DNA of 43,365 nt from a virus (IMGVR_UViG_3300042863_001217), one strand, 5' to 3'. Shown: positions 16,315 through 26,506, numbered from the stretch's first letter. Notes: generated by a model not told the origin, from the letters alone. Numbers and translations are program-made.

Positions 16315-16842
16315 TTATTTTTTTGTTGCTAATCCCCATACATGTCCACGTGGAGAAACAATATCTTCTAATGTGTAATATTTAGATAATTTATCTAACC
16401 AAAATTCTTTAGGTTCGACTATCAGATGTAGATTTGTTCCATCTTCAAATGAATTAAAAGAAGGTAACAAACACACTTTAAAATAAAATATCTTATTTGT
16501 CTTTGAAGCAATATGTTCTAATACATTATCTAATTTGTCGGGCTCGATATGTTCGAGTACATCAACACAAATTACCATATCACTGGCGATTGGATCACTA
16601 GCTAATTCAGGTCTTGCTGGTTCATATTGATTAATCTGAAAACCATGATCTGGAAAATCACGATCTATTGTTTTCAAGAAATCAGATTTACCAGAACCAT
16701 AATCTAAAATAGATTTGCAATTATGTTCAGATGCATATTTATAAATTCTAGGAACCGATCCTATTACATCTCCGCCCCATGGCATTTTTTGAGTAACAGC
16801 TTCTATCTTGGATCTATACTCGTCTGATAGTAAATTTTCCAT
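16315..16842 (-). CDS. class I SAM-dependent methyltransferase
   Basis: ILDYGSGKS motif I, DMVICVDVLEHI and NLHLIVEPKEFW. Confidence 0.88.
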   Translation of the reverse strand: MENLLSDEYRSKIEAVTQKMPWGGDVIGSVPRIYKYASEHNCKSILDYGSGKSDFLKTIDRDFPDHGFQINQYEPARPELASDPIASDMVICVDVLEHIEPDKLDNVLEHIASKTNKIFYFKVCLLPSFNSFEDGTNLHLIVEPKEFWLDKLSKYYTLEDIVSPRGHVWGLATKK

Positions 16843-17778
16843 TTATCGTTTAGGACCACTAGGTCCATTTGGTTTATTTTGTGGATTTTTCTTAGGTTGA
16901 TCTAAGAACCATCCTTTGTAATATTTACGTTTGGCAAAAATGTATTCAAAATACAAGTCAACCTTTTTCTTCCAATCTTTGTCAATTACTGGATGAATAA
17001 GTCCAGACTTAGGACTTGAAAATGTTCTATTAACCCATTCTGGTGCATTATTTCTGTGGTCAAATAAGTGTGAATTGATTGCATAGAAAGAACCTTGGTG
17101 TACATTATTCCAAACATCAATAGGCTCAACTTCTTTACCTAAAACGGTAGCATATAAAGCACTTTCACTGATGTGAGTTGTATAAACCTTTTCTGCTTTT
17201 TGTAAGAAGTGATACAAATCGATATCTCTAGGTAAAATAGCTTCTTCACCGAAGAGATCTTTGATTTCTCCAATTACAGCGTGCGTTGTAATTGGATGTG
17301 GTTTAAAGTAAATATCACCCTTATGCTCTTTAGCAATTTGAATTAATTTATTTAAACAACAATTTGTTTTAAGCTTATTTGATCCAGGAAGAATAACAAG
17401 AATAGATTTATTTGAATAAGAATCAAAATCTTCTTTACGCTCTTGATACTTGTTAGCCATTTTAGATTCTATATTAGATCTGAAATATGCAGCCCAATCT
17501 GAAACGTCTTCAACATTATCTAGATATGCATCCATGATTTGGCCTGTTCGCATCTTTAGATTTAAAGGTTGTAACATAAATACTGTTGCATATTCGGTAT
17601 ATCCCATAGTTTTGAAGTATGGCATTTCTTCGGCAATCACATCATAACTATGTTCAATACCTAATTCTTTACATTTCTTAATCACATATCTTTCAACCTC
17701 TTCCAAGGCATCCAGATTTACATTCTTTTTTAGAGGTCCTATTCGTTCTGCTAGAACTTTCTTGTTAAACATTTCCAT
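16843..17778 (-). CDS. KpsS/KpsC-like (capsule synthesis family) GT-B protein
   Basis: IYFKPHP...DLYHFLQKAEKVYTTHISESALYATVLGKEV fits the K-HP / ll..a..V.T..S...eA...gk.V pattern. Confidence 0.55.
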   Translation of the reverse strand: MEMFNKKVLAERIGPLKKNVNLDALEEVERYVIKKCKELGIEHSYDVIAEEMPYFKTMGYTEYATVFMLQPLNLKMRTGQIMDAYLDNVEDVSDWAAYFRSNIESKMANKYQERKEDFDSYSNKSILVILPGSNKLKTNCCLNKLIQIAKEHKGDIYFKPHPITTHAVIGEIKDLFGEEAILPRDIDLYHFLQKAEKVYTTHISESALYATVLGKEVEPIDVWNNVHQGSFYAINSHLFDHRNNAPEWVNRTFSSPKSGLIHPVIDKDWKKKVDLYFEYIFAKRKYYKGWFLDQPKKNPQNKPNGPSGPKR

Positions 17779-17797
17779 ATGTTAAAATAATTTAATT

Positions 17798-17824
17798 GTT
17801 ATACAAACAAACTTCTGTTTGTTT
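17798..17824 (-). promoter_or_regulatory. class B promoter (AAAC-N17-TATAAC), with an adjacent GATAAATA motif at 17828-17835
   Basis: Exact spacing; heads the glyco-modification gene run. Confidence 0.65.
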
Positions 17825-17852
17825 AATTATTTATCTAACTTATTTTATAGGC

Positions 17853-17882
17853 AAAAAAAAGACCTACCGAAGTAAGTCTTTT
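17853..17882 (-). terminator. intrinsic terminator with a C(UUCG)G tetraloop
   Basis: Minus strand GACTTAC-TTCG-GTAGGTC followed by T8. Confidence 0.8.
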
Positions 17883-17901
17883 CATTTTAGTATTTTGTGT
17901 T

Positions 17902-20061
17902 TTAATTACCTTGATATGGATTTTGTCTCCATTGTCTATTTGTAGATAGTTTATTAAGAGGTGTATTATTTGCGTACCAAGTTTCTAATTTTTCGTAAGC
18001 TGTAATCCAAGTTGTTGTCCAACTTGTACTCGTAGATACACTTGTAGTCCAAGTTGTTGTGGTTGCCCATGTGGTTGTCCATTCTGTACTAACACTATAA
18101 ATAGTTGACCAAGTTGTAGTTGTCGATTGACTCGTACTCTGGCTCGTATTATAAGTGGTCGTTGTAGATACACTTGTATTATACGTAGTAGTCGTAGATG
18201 CACTCGTATTATACGTAGTAGTCGTAGACTGTGACGTATTTTTAAGAGTTGCCCAAGTAGTTGTCCATTCTGTAACCCAACTTGTAGTTGTACTTTGGCT
18301 CGTATTCCAATTTGTAGTCCACGAAGTAGTATACGTCATAGTCGTTGACTGATTGGTAGACTGACTCGTTGTCCAACTTGTAGTTGTACTTTGTGAAGTA
18401 GAAAATGAAGTTGACCATGAAGTCGTCCATGTTGTCGTTGTACTATGACTCGTAGATTGACTCGTTGTCCAATTAGTTTGCCAAATTGTCGTTGTACTAA
18501 GCGTAGTAGATTGACTCGTTGTGTGACTAGTTGAATATGTTGTTGTCCACGTAGTAGTCGTAGACTGACTCGTTGATTGGCTAGTTCCATGACTAGTTGA
18601 CCAAGTTGTAGTTGTACTATGACTTGTACTATGACTCGTTGTATGACTCGTTGTCCATGTAGTCGTGTACGTGGTTGTAGTCGATTGGTTAGTAGACCGA
18701 CTTGTAGCCCATGTAGTAGTTGTACTTCGACTCGTAGATTGACTCGTAGTGTGACTTGTTAACCATGTAGTTGTATACGTAGTTGTGGTACTTTGACTCG
18801 TATTATATGTAGTTATCCAAGATGTAATCCAACTTGTAGATGTAGATCTACTCGTACCTTGACTCGTATTATATGTTGTCGATGTAGCATGACTCGTTGT
18901 GTGACTAGTTACATATGCAGTAGTCCATGAAGTTGTCCACGTAGTAGTTGTACTATGACTCGTATTATACGTGGTCGTTGTAGATCTACTTGTTGACTGA
19001 CTCGTAGTGTGACTAGTTGAATATGTAGTTGTCCACGTAGTAGTTGTACTATGACTCGTAGACCAAGCTGTCGTTGTAGATCTACTAGTACTTTGACTCG
19101 TCATGTGACTAGTTACATAATTTGTAAGCCATGTTGTAGTCGTTGTATGACTCGTTGACCAATTAGTTGTATATGTTGTCGTTGTATTCTGAGCTGTTAA
19201 ATCACTGGTAACTCGACTTGTAATATATGTTGTAGTCCATGAAGTTGATGTTGAATGACTAGTGTTATATGCAGTTGTTGTCGATTGACTCGTCGCATGA
19301 CTCGTATTATACGTTGTAGTCCAATATGTAGTCCACGTAGTAGTCGTACTTTGACTCGTTGCATGACTCGTTATGTATGTAGTAGTTGTACTTTGACTCG
19401 TTACATGACTCGTTGCCCAACTAGTGATCCACTCAGTCCAATATGAAGTTGATGTTGAATGACTAGTGTTATATGTTGTTGATGTTGCTAGACTTGTACT
19501 TTGACTCGTTGAATGACTAGTTGCATATGATGTTGTATACGTAGTTGATGTTGCATGACTCGTCGCCCAAGTAGTAGTCCAAGCTGTTGATACATCCGAA
19601 AATGTACTTTGACTAGTAGTATGTGAAGTACTTGCAGAAGTATTATATACTGTACTAGTAGAATGACTCGTTGCCCAAGTAGTAGTTGTATTATGACTCG
19701 TAGTTTGGCTAGTGTTAAAATAAGTAGTCCAATAAGTATCCCAATAAGTTGCGGTTACATGTGATGTAGTTCTGCTAGTATTGTATGATGTTGTCCATGC
19801 AGTAGATGTAACATGACTAGTATTAAAATATGTAGTCCATGAAGTACTAGCATAAATTATAGGAGGATATGTAACCTGAGAAGTATTTGCATAATAGAAT
19901 GTACTTTGACTAGTGTTTCTATAAAACGAAGTAGTTCTACTAGGATACGCGATATAACTCGTAGTTCTACTAGGATATACCCATGCAGCAGTTGCACGAG
20001 AATATGGAACAGGGCCATATGCTTGATATGAAGTAGTCCAATATGTTGTATAAATCGCCAT
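17902..20061 (-). CDS. Thr/Ser-rich repetitive protein (xTS-W/Y/H/Q repeats), putative virion fibre or decoration protein
   Basis: 719-aa uninterrupted ORF in a region where other frames close; degenerate codons under a strict peptide pattern. Confidence 0.85.
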   Translation of the reverse strand: MAIYTTYWTTSYQAYGPVPYSRATAAWVYPSRTTSYIAYPSRTTSFYRNTSQSTFYYANTSQVTYPPIIYASTSWTTYFNTSHVTSTAWTTSYNTSRTTSHVTATYWDTYWTTYFNTSQTTSHNTTTTWATSHSTSTVYNTSASTSHTTSQSTFSDVSTAWTTTWATSHATSTTYTTSYATSHSTSQSTSLATSTTYNTSHSTSTSYWTEWITSWATSHVTSQSTTTTYITSHATSQSTTTTWTTYWTTTYNTSHATSQSTTTAYNTSHSTSTSWTTTYITSRVTSDLTAQNTTTTYTTNWSTSHTTTTTWLTNYVTSHMTSQSTSRSTTTAWSTSHSTTTTWTTTYSTSHTTSQSTSRSTTTTYNTSHSTTTTWTTSWTTAYVTSHTTSHATSTTYNTSQGTSRSTSTSWITSWITTYNTSQSTTTTYTTTWLTSHTTSQSTSRSTTTTWATSRSTNQSTTTTYTTTWTTSHTTSHSTSHSTTTTWSTSHGTSQSTSQSTTTTWTTTYSTSHTTSQSTTLSTTTIWQTNWTTSQSTSHSTTTTWTTSWSTSFSTSQSTTTSWTTSQSTNQSTTMTYTTSWTTNWNTSQSTTTSWVTEWTTTWATLKNTSQSTTTTYNTSASTTTTYNTSVSTTTTYNTSQSTSQSTTTTWSTIYSVSTEWTTTWATTTTWTTSVSTSTSWTTTWITAYEKLETWYANNTPLNKLSTNRQWRQNPYQGN

Positions 20062-20100
20062 GTTTTAGTTTATATAATTTATTTCTATTTATTATTCTAT

Positions 20101-22830
20101 TTACATCTCTTTAATTCCAGGACCATCTTTACCACATAAATAATCACAACCAAAGTCACCTGCATATGGGCTACATGGATCATAACATGGATCATTTGGA
20201 TCACATAAGAATGGACCATATCCATTAAAATCACATAAACCTGGTTTCTTATTATGAGTTAAGATTCCATTTGCAAAAAATGTATCGTTGGGTTCAGTGT
20301 CTAATTTATAAACAACATATGGTGTAGTAGTATCTTCAACTAATGAAGTTATTTCTATTTCTATACCACTGATGTGATATAATTTATCTCCAAGTTGTAA
20401 TGCAGAAGCAGCTCTAGAGATCCATGCGCCATCTCTTTTAAAAATGTGCATATGTTCAGCTGTAGTTTTTAATAATCCATTATTTATATCTATGATACCG
20501 AAAACATTTACACGATCTGCTCTAACTAAAATATCATCTATTGATAAACTATTTGTAATATTAGGAGTAGATACTGCTATTAATGCCGGTATATTATCAA
20601 CATTAAATGGTCCATCCATTGTTAAAATATTATCGTTTAGTTTTAAACTTTCAACAAGCACAGTAGTATTCGTTGAAATATTAATCGGCGTTCCTTCGAC
20701 TATACAATCGAAAGCTTCAGTACTTCTTTCTGCTGTATAACTTACCCAATAATATTCATATTGATCCCAGTAAGTTGTCCATTCTTGCCATGATGACCAT
20801 GTAGTTGTGTAAGAAACAGTAGACGTCCAATTGGTTCCATATTCAACATAAGTACTCCATGTCGTTGTATAATTTATAGCTGTCGACCATGTGGTTGTAT
20901 AAGATCCACCTCCACCAACTTGTGTAGATCTAGATAATGCTAGAGAAGTTCCATAAGTCGTAGTTGTACTTTGACTCGTAACATGTGAAGTTACCCAAGT
21001 AGTTGTATATGTAGTTGTGGTATTTATTCCAGTACTTCTACTTGCACCAGCTGATGTCCCCCATGTAGTTGTATAAGTAGTCGAAGTTATTCGAGATGTA
21101 TTATAAACTGTTGAAGTTGCATGACTCGTTGCCCAAGTAGTTGTATATGAGGTAGTCCATGAAGTAGTCCAAGTATATCTAGTTATTTGACTCGTAGATC
21201 TACTTGTATTATATGTAGTTGTAGTAGAATGACTCGTACTATGACTAGTTGCATATGTTGTAACCCATGAAGTTGTCCACGTAGTAGTCGTTGAATGACT
21301 AGTTGCATATGTTGTTGTTGTATTATGAGAAGTTACTCTTTGTGTAACTTGACTTGTATTATATGTTGTAGTCCACGTGGTAGTCGTTGAATGGCTAGTT
21401 GCATATGAAGTTGTCCACGTAGTACTTGTAGTTCTACTTGTTGACTGACTCGTAGTGTGACTAGTTGCATATGTTGTTGTCCACGTAGTACTTGTACTAT
21501 GACTTGTGTTATATGTTGTAGTAGTTGATTGACTCGTAGTGTGACTAGTTGCCCATGAAGTAGTCCACGTAGTAGTCCATATTGTAACGGTTGTATGACT
21601 AGTACTTTGGCTTGTGTTATACGTGGTCGTAGTTGATTGACTCGTACTATATAATGTATTATATGAAGTAGACCATGAAGTAGTCCACGTAGTAGTTGTA
21701 CTTTGGCTTGTGTTATACGTGGTCGTAGTCGATTGACTTGTAGCATGACTTGTGCTATAAGTTGTAGTCCACGCAGTAGTCCACGTAGTAGTAGTTGAAT
21801 GACTCGTACTATAAGTTGTTGTTGTAGACGCACTAGTACTTTGACTCGTTGTATGACTAGTTGCATATGACGTTGTGTATGTAGTTGTAGTTGAATGACT
21901 CGTTAACCACACAGTAGTCCATGAAGTAGTTGTACCCATTGAAGTTGTCAGTTCATATGCAGTAGTATGCGAAGTTGTCCAAGTTGTTGTTGTACTATGT
22001 GAAGTGGTCTGACTAGTATTATATGAAGTAGTCCATGAAGTTGTCCATGAAGTTGTCGTAGAAACACCAGTATCCCAAGTTGTAGTCCACGCAGTAGTTG
22101 TACTATGCGAAGTAGTTTGATTTGTATTATACGAAGTTGTCCATGAAGTTGTATAAGTAGTTGTAGTCGATTGACTAGTACTATATGTTGTAACCCATGA
22201 AGTAGTCCATACAGTAGATGTACTTTTATTCGTCGAATGACTAGTGCTATAAGTTGTAGTCCATGAAGTTGTCCAAGTAGTTGTCGTACCTTGACTTGTA
22301 TTCCATAATGTAGTCCATGAAGTTGTATAAGTAGTAGTTGTACTTTGACTCGTAGATTGACTAGTTGTCCAAGTTGTTACCCATGAAGTGCTCGTACTCT
22401 GATTAGTTGTCCATGAAGTAGTCCAAGTAGTTGTAGTACTATGTGATGTGCTTTGACTGGTTCCAATAGAAGTACCCCAAACTGTTGTTGTAGATCTAGA
22501 AGTACCCAAACTAGTAGTCTGATTAGTATCAACCAATGTAGCCCAAACTGTTGATGTACTATGTGATGTAGACCAAACTGTAGTTGTACTATGTGATGTA
22601 GACCAAACTGTAGTTGTACTATGTGAAGTTGACCACACTGTTGTCCAAGTGGTCGTAGTAGATTGACTAGTATTAAATGCCTTGTCAGTCATTCTTGAAG
22701 TTGTTACAGCTTCATTCGTAGACTGAGAAGTTGACCACGCAGTCGTAGTAGACTGTGCAGTACTCTTTGAAGTTGATACACCGCTTGATGTACTCCAAAA
22801 ATCGATTCTAGAAAATCCTATATTCTTCAT
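20101..22830 (-). CDS. Thr/Ser-rich repetitive protein with a C-terminal Hint domain and Cys-rich tail
   Basis: 909 aa; same repeat as its neighbour, then CIVEGT..TTAEH..FFANGILTHN and a 49-aa peptide with 6 Cys. Confidence 0.85.
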   Translation of the reverse strand: MKNIGFSRIDFWSTSSGVSTSKSTAQSTTTAWSTSQSTNEAVTTSRMTDKAFNTSQSTTTTWTTVWSTSHSTTTVWSTSHSTTTVWSTSHSTSTVWATLVDTNQTTSLGTSRSTTTVWGTSIGTSQSTSHSTTTTWTTSWTTNQSTSTSWVTTWTTSQSTSQSTTTTYTTSWTTLWNTSQGTTTTWTTSWTTTYSTSHSTNKSTSTVWTTSWVTTYSTSQSTTTTYTTSWTTSYNTNQTTSHSTTTAWTTTWDTGVSTTTSWTTSWTTSYNTSQTTSHSTTTTWTTSHTTAYELTTSMGTTTSWTTVWLTSHSTTTTYTTSYATSHTTSQSTSASTTTTYSTSHSTTTTWTTAWTTTYSTSHATSQSTTTTYNTSQSTTTTWTTSWSTSYNTLYSTSQSTTTTYNTSQSTSHTTVTIWTTTWTTSWATSHTTSQSTTTTYNTSHSTSTTWTTTYATSHTTSQSTSRTTSTTWTTSYATSHSTTTTWTTTYNTSQVTQRVTSHNTTTTYATSHSTTTTWTTSWVTTYATSHSTSHSTTTTYNTSRSTSQITRYTWTTSWTTSYTTTWATSHATSTVYNTSRITSTTYTTTWGTSAGASRSTGINTTTTYTTTWVTSHVTSQSTTTTYGTSLALSRSTQVGGGGSYTTTWSTAINYTTTWSTYVEYGTNWTSTVSYTTTWSSWQEWTTYWDQYEYYWVSYTAERSTEAFDCIVEGTPINISTNTTVLVESLKLNDNILTMDGPFNVDNIPALIAVSTPNITNSLSIDDILVRADRVNVFGIIDINNGLLKTTAEHMHIFKRDGAWISRAASALQLGDKLYHISGIEIEITSLVEDTTTPYVVYKLDTEPNDTFFANGILTHNKKPGLCDFNGYGPFLCDPNDPCYDPCSPYAGDFGCDYLCGKDGPGIKEM
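20251..20706 (-). other. Hint (intein-like, BIL-type) autoprocessing domain, 152 aa
   Basis: Cys1 (AFD|CIVEG), block B TxxH (TTAEH), terminal His-Asn; the +1 residue is Lys; no endonuclease insert. Confidence 0.85.
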
Positions 22831-22857
22831 ATTGTTATATTCTTTATATTCTTTTTA

Positions 22858-25809
22858 TTATGCGAAATGTCCTACATAGTTACATAATACTTGACCGCTA
22901 TTATTTATTATGAATGATATTACTGATACTAGATTTGGTGCAGTTACAAAATTAATATCTGCTCCAGATGGTGTTAACATGTTTGCTGGTAACTGTGACC
23001 ACGTAGTTCCACTTGGTCCATTTACAAGTATGATAGTTCCTGATTGTCCATAATTAGTAGCTCCAACAGGAGTCATAGTTATTGCAGCAGTTGCTCCACC
23101 TGTAATTTGAAATATATTACCTAAATCTGGAGAAACATTGTATATGCCTCCTGCACCAGTGACTGTGATAATTCTCACCTTTTCTGCTCTTGTAATAATT
23201 ACATCATTAAATTGAACATTTGAATCAGTTTTAGTATCTTGATTCATTGCCGTAGCATATGCGTTAGAAGTACCGGTATCACCTTTTACACCTGAAGATC
23301 CGTTTGTACCATTAGTTCCTGAAGAACCATTAGTTCCATTAGTTCCTGAAGATCCGTTTGTACCATTAGTTCCTGAAGAACCATTAGTTCCGCTAGTTCC
23401 ATTAGTACCACTTGTTCCATTAGTTCCAGAAGAACCAGAACTACCATTCGTTCCTGAAGTACCGTTAGTTCCTGAAGATCCATTTGTACCGTTAGTTCCT
23501 GAAGATCCATTAGTACCACTTGTTCCATTAGTTCCTGAAGTACCGTTAGTTCCTGAAGATCCATTTGTTCCATTAGTTCCTGAAGATCCATTAGTACCAC
23601 TTGTTCCATTAGTTCCTGAAGATCCATTAGTTCCACTTGAACCTGAAGATCCATTTGTACCTGATGTACCATTAGTTCCTGATGTACCATTAGTTCCTGA
23701 AGTTCCGTTAGTTCCACTTGAACCTGAACTACCATTAGTACCACTTGAACCATTAGTTCCTGAAGTTCCAGGAGCACCTTTAGCACCTGAAGTTCCATTT
23801 GTACCAGAAGTTCCATTTGTTCCACTTGAACCTGAACTACCATTAGTTCCTGAAGTTCCATTAGTTCCAGATGTACCGTTAGTTCCACTTGAACCATTTG
23901 TTCCACTAGTTCCATTAGTACCAGTATTACCTTGAGGTCCTTGAATAGAACCGCCTCCCATCCATCCGTCTGTTGAAGTCCATATCCAAAGTGAATCATC
24001 TGCTTGTACAATATATGCATCTCCATTTAAATTACCTTGTGTTGGTAATAATAAAGAAGTTGCAACTTGTCCTTGCATTGTAACGCCCCAACCTGGATTT
24101 CCTTGTACACCTATTTCACCCTTTTGACCTTTAATACCTGAAGTTCCATTAGTTCCAGATGTACCATTTGTACCTGAAGTTCCATTCGTACCGTTTGTTC
24201 CTGAAGATCCATTAGTTCCTGAAGTTCCATTAGTTCCTGAAGTACCATTAGTACCATTTGTACCTGAAGTTCCATTCGTTCCAGAAGAACCAGATGTTCC
24301 ATTAGTTCCAGATGTACCATTTGTACCTGAAGTTCCATTAGTACCACTTGAACCAGAAGATCCATTCGTTCCAGATGTACCGTTAGTTCCTGAAGATCCA
24401 TTCGTTCCAGATGTACCGTTAGTTCCTGAAGTTCCATTAGTACCATTAGTTCCAGAAGATCCATTAGTTCCAGATGTACCATTCGTACCTGAAGTTCCAT
24501 TAGTTCCTGAAGTTCCATTAGTTCCTGAAGTTCCATTTGTACCATTAGTTCCAGAAGTTCCATTAGTTCCAGATGTACCATTCGTACCTGAAGTTCCATT
24601 AGTTCCATTAGTTCCACTTGAACCATTAGTTCCTGAAGTTCCATTAGTTCCACTTGAACCATTAGTTCCTGAAGTTCCATTAGTTCCATTAGTTCCACTT
24701 GAACCATTAGTTCCTGAAGTTCCATTAGTTCCTGAAGTTCCATTTGTACCATTAGTTCCAGAAGTTCCAGGAGCACCTTTAGCACCTGAAGTACCATTAG
24801 TTCCAGATGTACCGTTAGTTCCTGAAGATCCATTAGTACCATTTGTACCTGAAGATCCATTCGTTCCAGATGTACCGTTAGTTCCACTTGAACCAGAAGA
24901 TCCATTCGTTCCAGATGTACCGTTAGTTCCACTTGAACCTGATGTACCTGGAGCACCCTTTAAACCTGTTGCACCTACTGGAATTGTGAATTTCAATATC
25001 GCATTACTTTCAGTACCCATATTAACGACATTGGCAGGAGTACCTTCTAAACCTGTTACAGTAGGATCTATACTAATTACAGCATTCGTTCCAGTTACAC
25101 CTTTGATACCTGAAGTACCATTCGTTCCACTAGTTCCATTAGTTCCGCTTGAACCAGAACTACCATTCGTTCCACTAGTTCCATTCGTTCCTGAAGTACC
25201 ATTAGTTCCATTCGTTCCTGAAGTACCATTAGTTCCAGATGTACCATTAGTACCGCTAGTTCCATTCGTTCCATTAGTACCAGAACTACCATTCGTTCCT
25301 GAAGTACCATTCGTTCCATTAGTTCCTGAAGTTCCTCTGTCACCAATAGGTAGAATAAACATGAATAAGTCATCATTATTAACTAACGATGACCAGTTTG
25401 AACTTGCTATAGGTTCTAAAGCAAGCGTTCTTTCACCTGATCCTAGAGTTACACTATTTACGTAAAATGTTTTGTAGATATTGCCATTGGTTGCACTTGT
25501 AATAACGATGATTGACTTTCTATTATTAGTAGAAAGTGTCATAGCATCTAATGAAATTGTAGCACTAAGACTTTTAGAGCTTGTTTCACTTATAACAAGA
25601 GATGTAGGCGTAACTATATTATTAAATCTTAAAAAACCTGATGCTACCAAACCAGATGTAGAATTACTATATTTATATGGTAATCCAAATGTGTTTGGCA
25701 ATGCTGCGTTTGCATATTTACCAGTGCTTGAATTATACATTAAAACGTCACCGGTAGCTGGTGATGTAGATAGGAATTCAAGAATTTGTTTTAGTTTCAG
25801 TTGAGACAT
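22858..25809 (-). CDS. collagen-like (G-T-N / G-T-S / G-S-S) fibre protein with globular N- and C-terminal domains
   Basis: Long G-X-Y runs with two interruptions, few Pro; C-terminal beta-rich domain. Confidence 0.88.
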   Translation of the reverse strand: MSQLKLKQILEFLSTSPATGDVLMYNSSTGKYANAALPNTFGLPYKYSNSTSGLVASGFLRFNNIVTPTSLVISETSSKSLSATISLDAMTLSTNNRKSIIVITSATNGNIYKTFYVNSVTLGSGERTLALEPIASSNWSSLVNNDDLFMFILPIGDRGTSGTNGTNGTSGTNGSSGTNGTNGTSGTNGTSGTNGTSGTNGTNGTSGTNGTSGTNGSSGSSGTNGTSGTNGTSGIKGVTGTNAVISIDPTVTGLEGTPANVVNMGTESNAILKFTIPVGATGLKGAPGTSGSSGTNGTSGTNGSSGSSGTNGTSGTNGSSGTNGTNGSSGTNGTSGTNGTSGAKGAPGTSGTNGTNGTSGTNGTSGTNGSSGTNGTNGTSGTNGSSGTNGTSGTNGSSGTNGTNGTSGTNGTSGTNGTSGTNGTNGTSGTNGTSGTNGTSGTNGTSGTNGSSGTNGTNGTSGTNGTSGTNGSSGTNGTSGTNGSSGSSGTNGTSGTNGTSGTNGTSGSSGTNGTSGTNGTNGTSGTNGTSGTNGSSGTNGTNGTSGTNGTSGTNGTSGIKGQKGEIGVQGNPGWGVTMQGQVATSLLLPTQGNLNGDAYIVQADDSLWIWTSTDGWMGGGSIQGPQGNTGTNGTSGTNGSSGTNGTSGTNGTSGTNGSSGSSGTNGTSGTNGTSGAKGAPGTSGTNGSSGTNGSSGSSGTNGTSGTNGTSGTNGTSGTNGSSGSSGTNGSSGTNGTSGTNGSSGTNGTNGSSGTNGTSGTNGTSGTNGSSGTNGTNGSSGTNGTSGTNGSSGSSGTNGTSGTNGTSGTNGSSGTNGTNGSSGTNGTNGSSGTNGTNGSSGVKGDTGTSNAYATAMNQDTKTDSNVQFNDVIITRAEKVRIITVTGAGGIYNVSPDLGNIFQITGGATAAITMTPVGATNYGQSGTIILVNGPSGTTWSQLPANMLTPSGADINFVTAPNLVSVISFIINNSGQVLCNYVGHFA
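23270..25344 (-). repeat. coding 9-bp-period degenerate tandem repeat (Gly-X-Y); boundaries approximate
   Basis: Repeated GTTCCATTA / GTTCCTGAA units on the plus strand. Confidence 0.85.
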
Positions 25810-25897
25810 GAATGGTATATTCTTTTTTCGTTTATATTATTATATATCCTTTATTGTTAGACTCAATAATTGACTGGGGGATATAGTTTAAAAAATA

Positions 25898-26503
25898 TTA
25901 TTTTTTTCTGGTCAAAAGATCCATGAAATTTAAATGTTGCTTTAAAATGTCTAATTTGGTATCACTGTCGTTTGTTTTATACCAAGCCCATGCAGTAGAA
26001 GATAATATATTATTCTGTTTTTCTTTTAACTTATTAATACTATTTTCGATAGATTCTATTTGATCGTATGCAGATTCCGGTAATTCAATTTCTAATTTAA
26101 TAGCACATCTAATTAATTTAGCCCAATCTTCAGTTTCATTAGCATCTACCGAGTCTTCATAAATAGCTTTATATTCATTTGATTTAACTTCAGTTAAATC
26201 AGTTGGTAATTTATCAGGATGACATCTTATGACTACCTTTCTAAATAAGCTTTTAAAATCTGGATGTTTATTAGATTCCTTTTCTTCGTCTTCAAGATCT
26301 TTTACACTACGAGCCCAATCATTTGCCATAGAGTCCATTTGTTCAGTCTCTAAAATACCAGTCTCATCAATATCTGATAGTGACTTCATAAACGAATCTT
26401 TTATTTCAGAGTTCGCAACTTCAATATCTTTTAGATCTTCTATTAGAAATTCATATTCTCGTACTAATCTTTTAAAAATTATCTTATTTGTGTTAATAGA
26501 CAT
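25898..26503 (-). CDS. coiled-coil protein with an internal J-domain-like HPD motif
   Basis: FKSLFRKVVIRCHPDKL followed by a helical segment. Confidence 0.65.
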   Translation of the reverse strand: MSINTNKIIFKRLVREYEFLIEDLKDIEVANSEIKDSFMKSLSDIDETGILETEQMDSMANDWARSVKDLEDEEKESNKHPDFKSLFRKVVIRCHPDKLPTDLTEVKSNEYKAIYEDSVDANETEDWAKLIRCAIKLEIELPESAYDQIESIENSINKLKEKQNNILSSTAWAWYKTNDSDTKLDILKQHLNFMDLLTRKK

Positions 26504-26506
26504 ATC

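Noticed and set aside
17985-19446. Alternative-frame and antisense ORFs inside the Thr/Ser repeat gene
   Set aside because: By-products of repetitive ACN/AGT codons; low complexity, no independent starts or signals.
20251-20706. Canonical splicing intein or mobile element
   Set aside because: The +1 residue is Lys rather than Cys, Ser or Thr, and there is no homing endonuclease; treated as a BIL-type Hint domain.
21333-21866. 177-aa same-strand alternative-frame ORF
   Set aside because: Frameshifted reading of the Thr/Ser repeat, fully nested in the 909-aa ORF.
23286-25804. MELVEQ/LQELM ORFs and antisense VPLVP ORFs in the first collagen gene
   Set aside because: Shadow frames of the 9-bp Gly-X-Y repeat; no evidence of programmed frameshifting.
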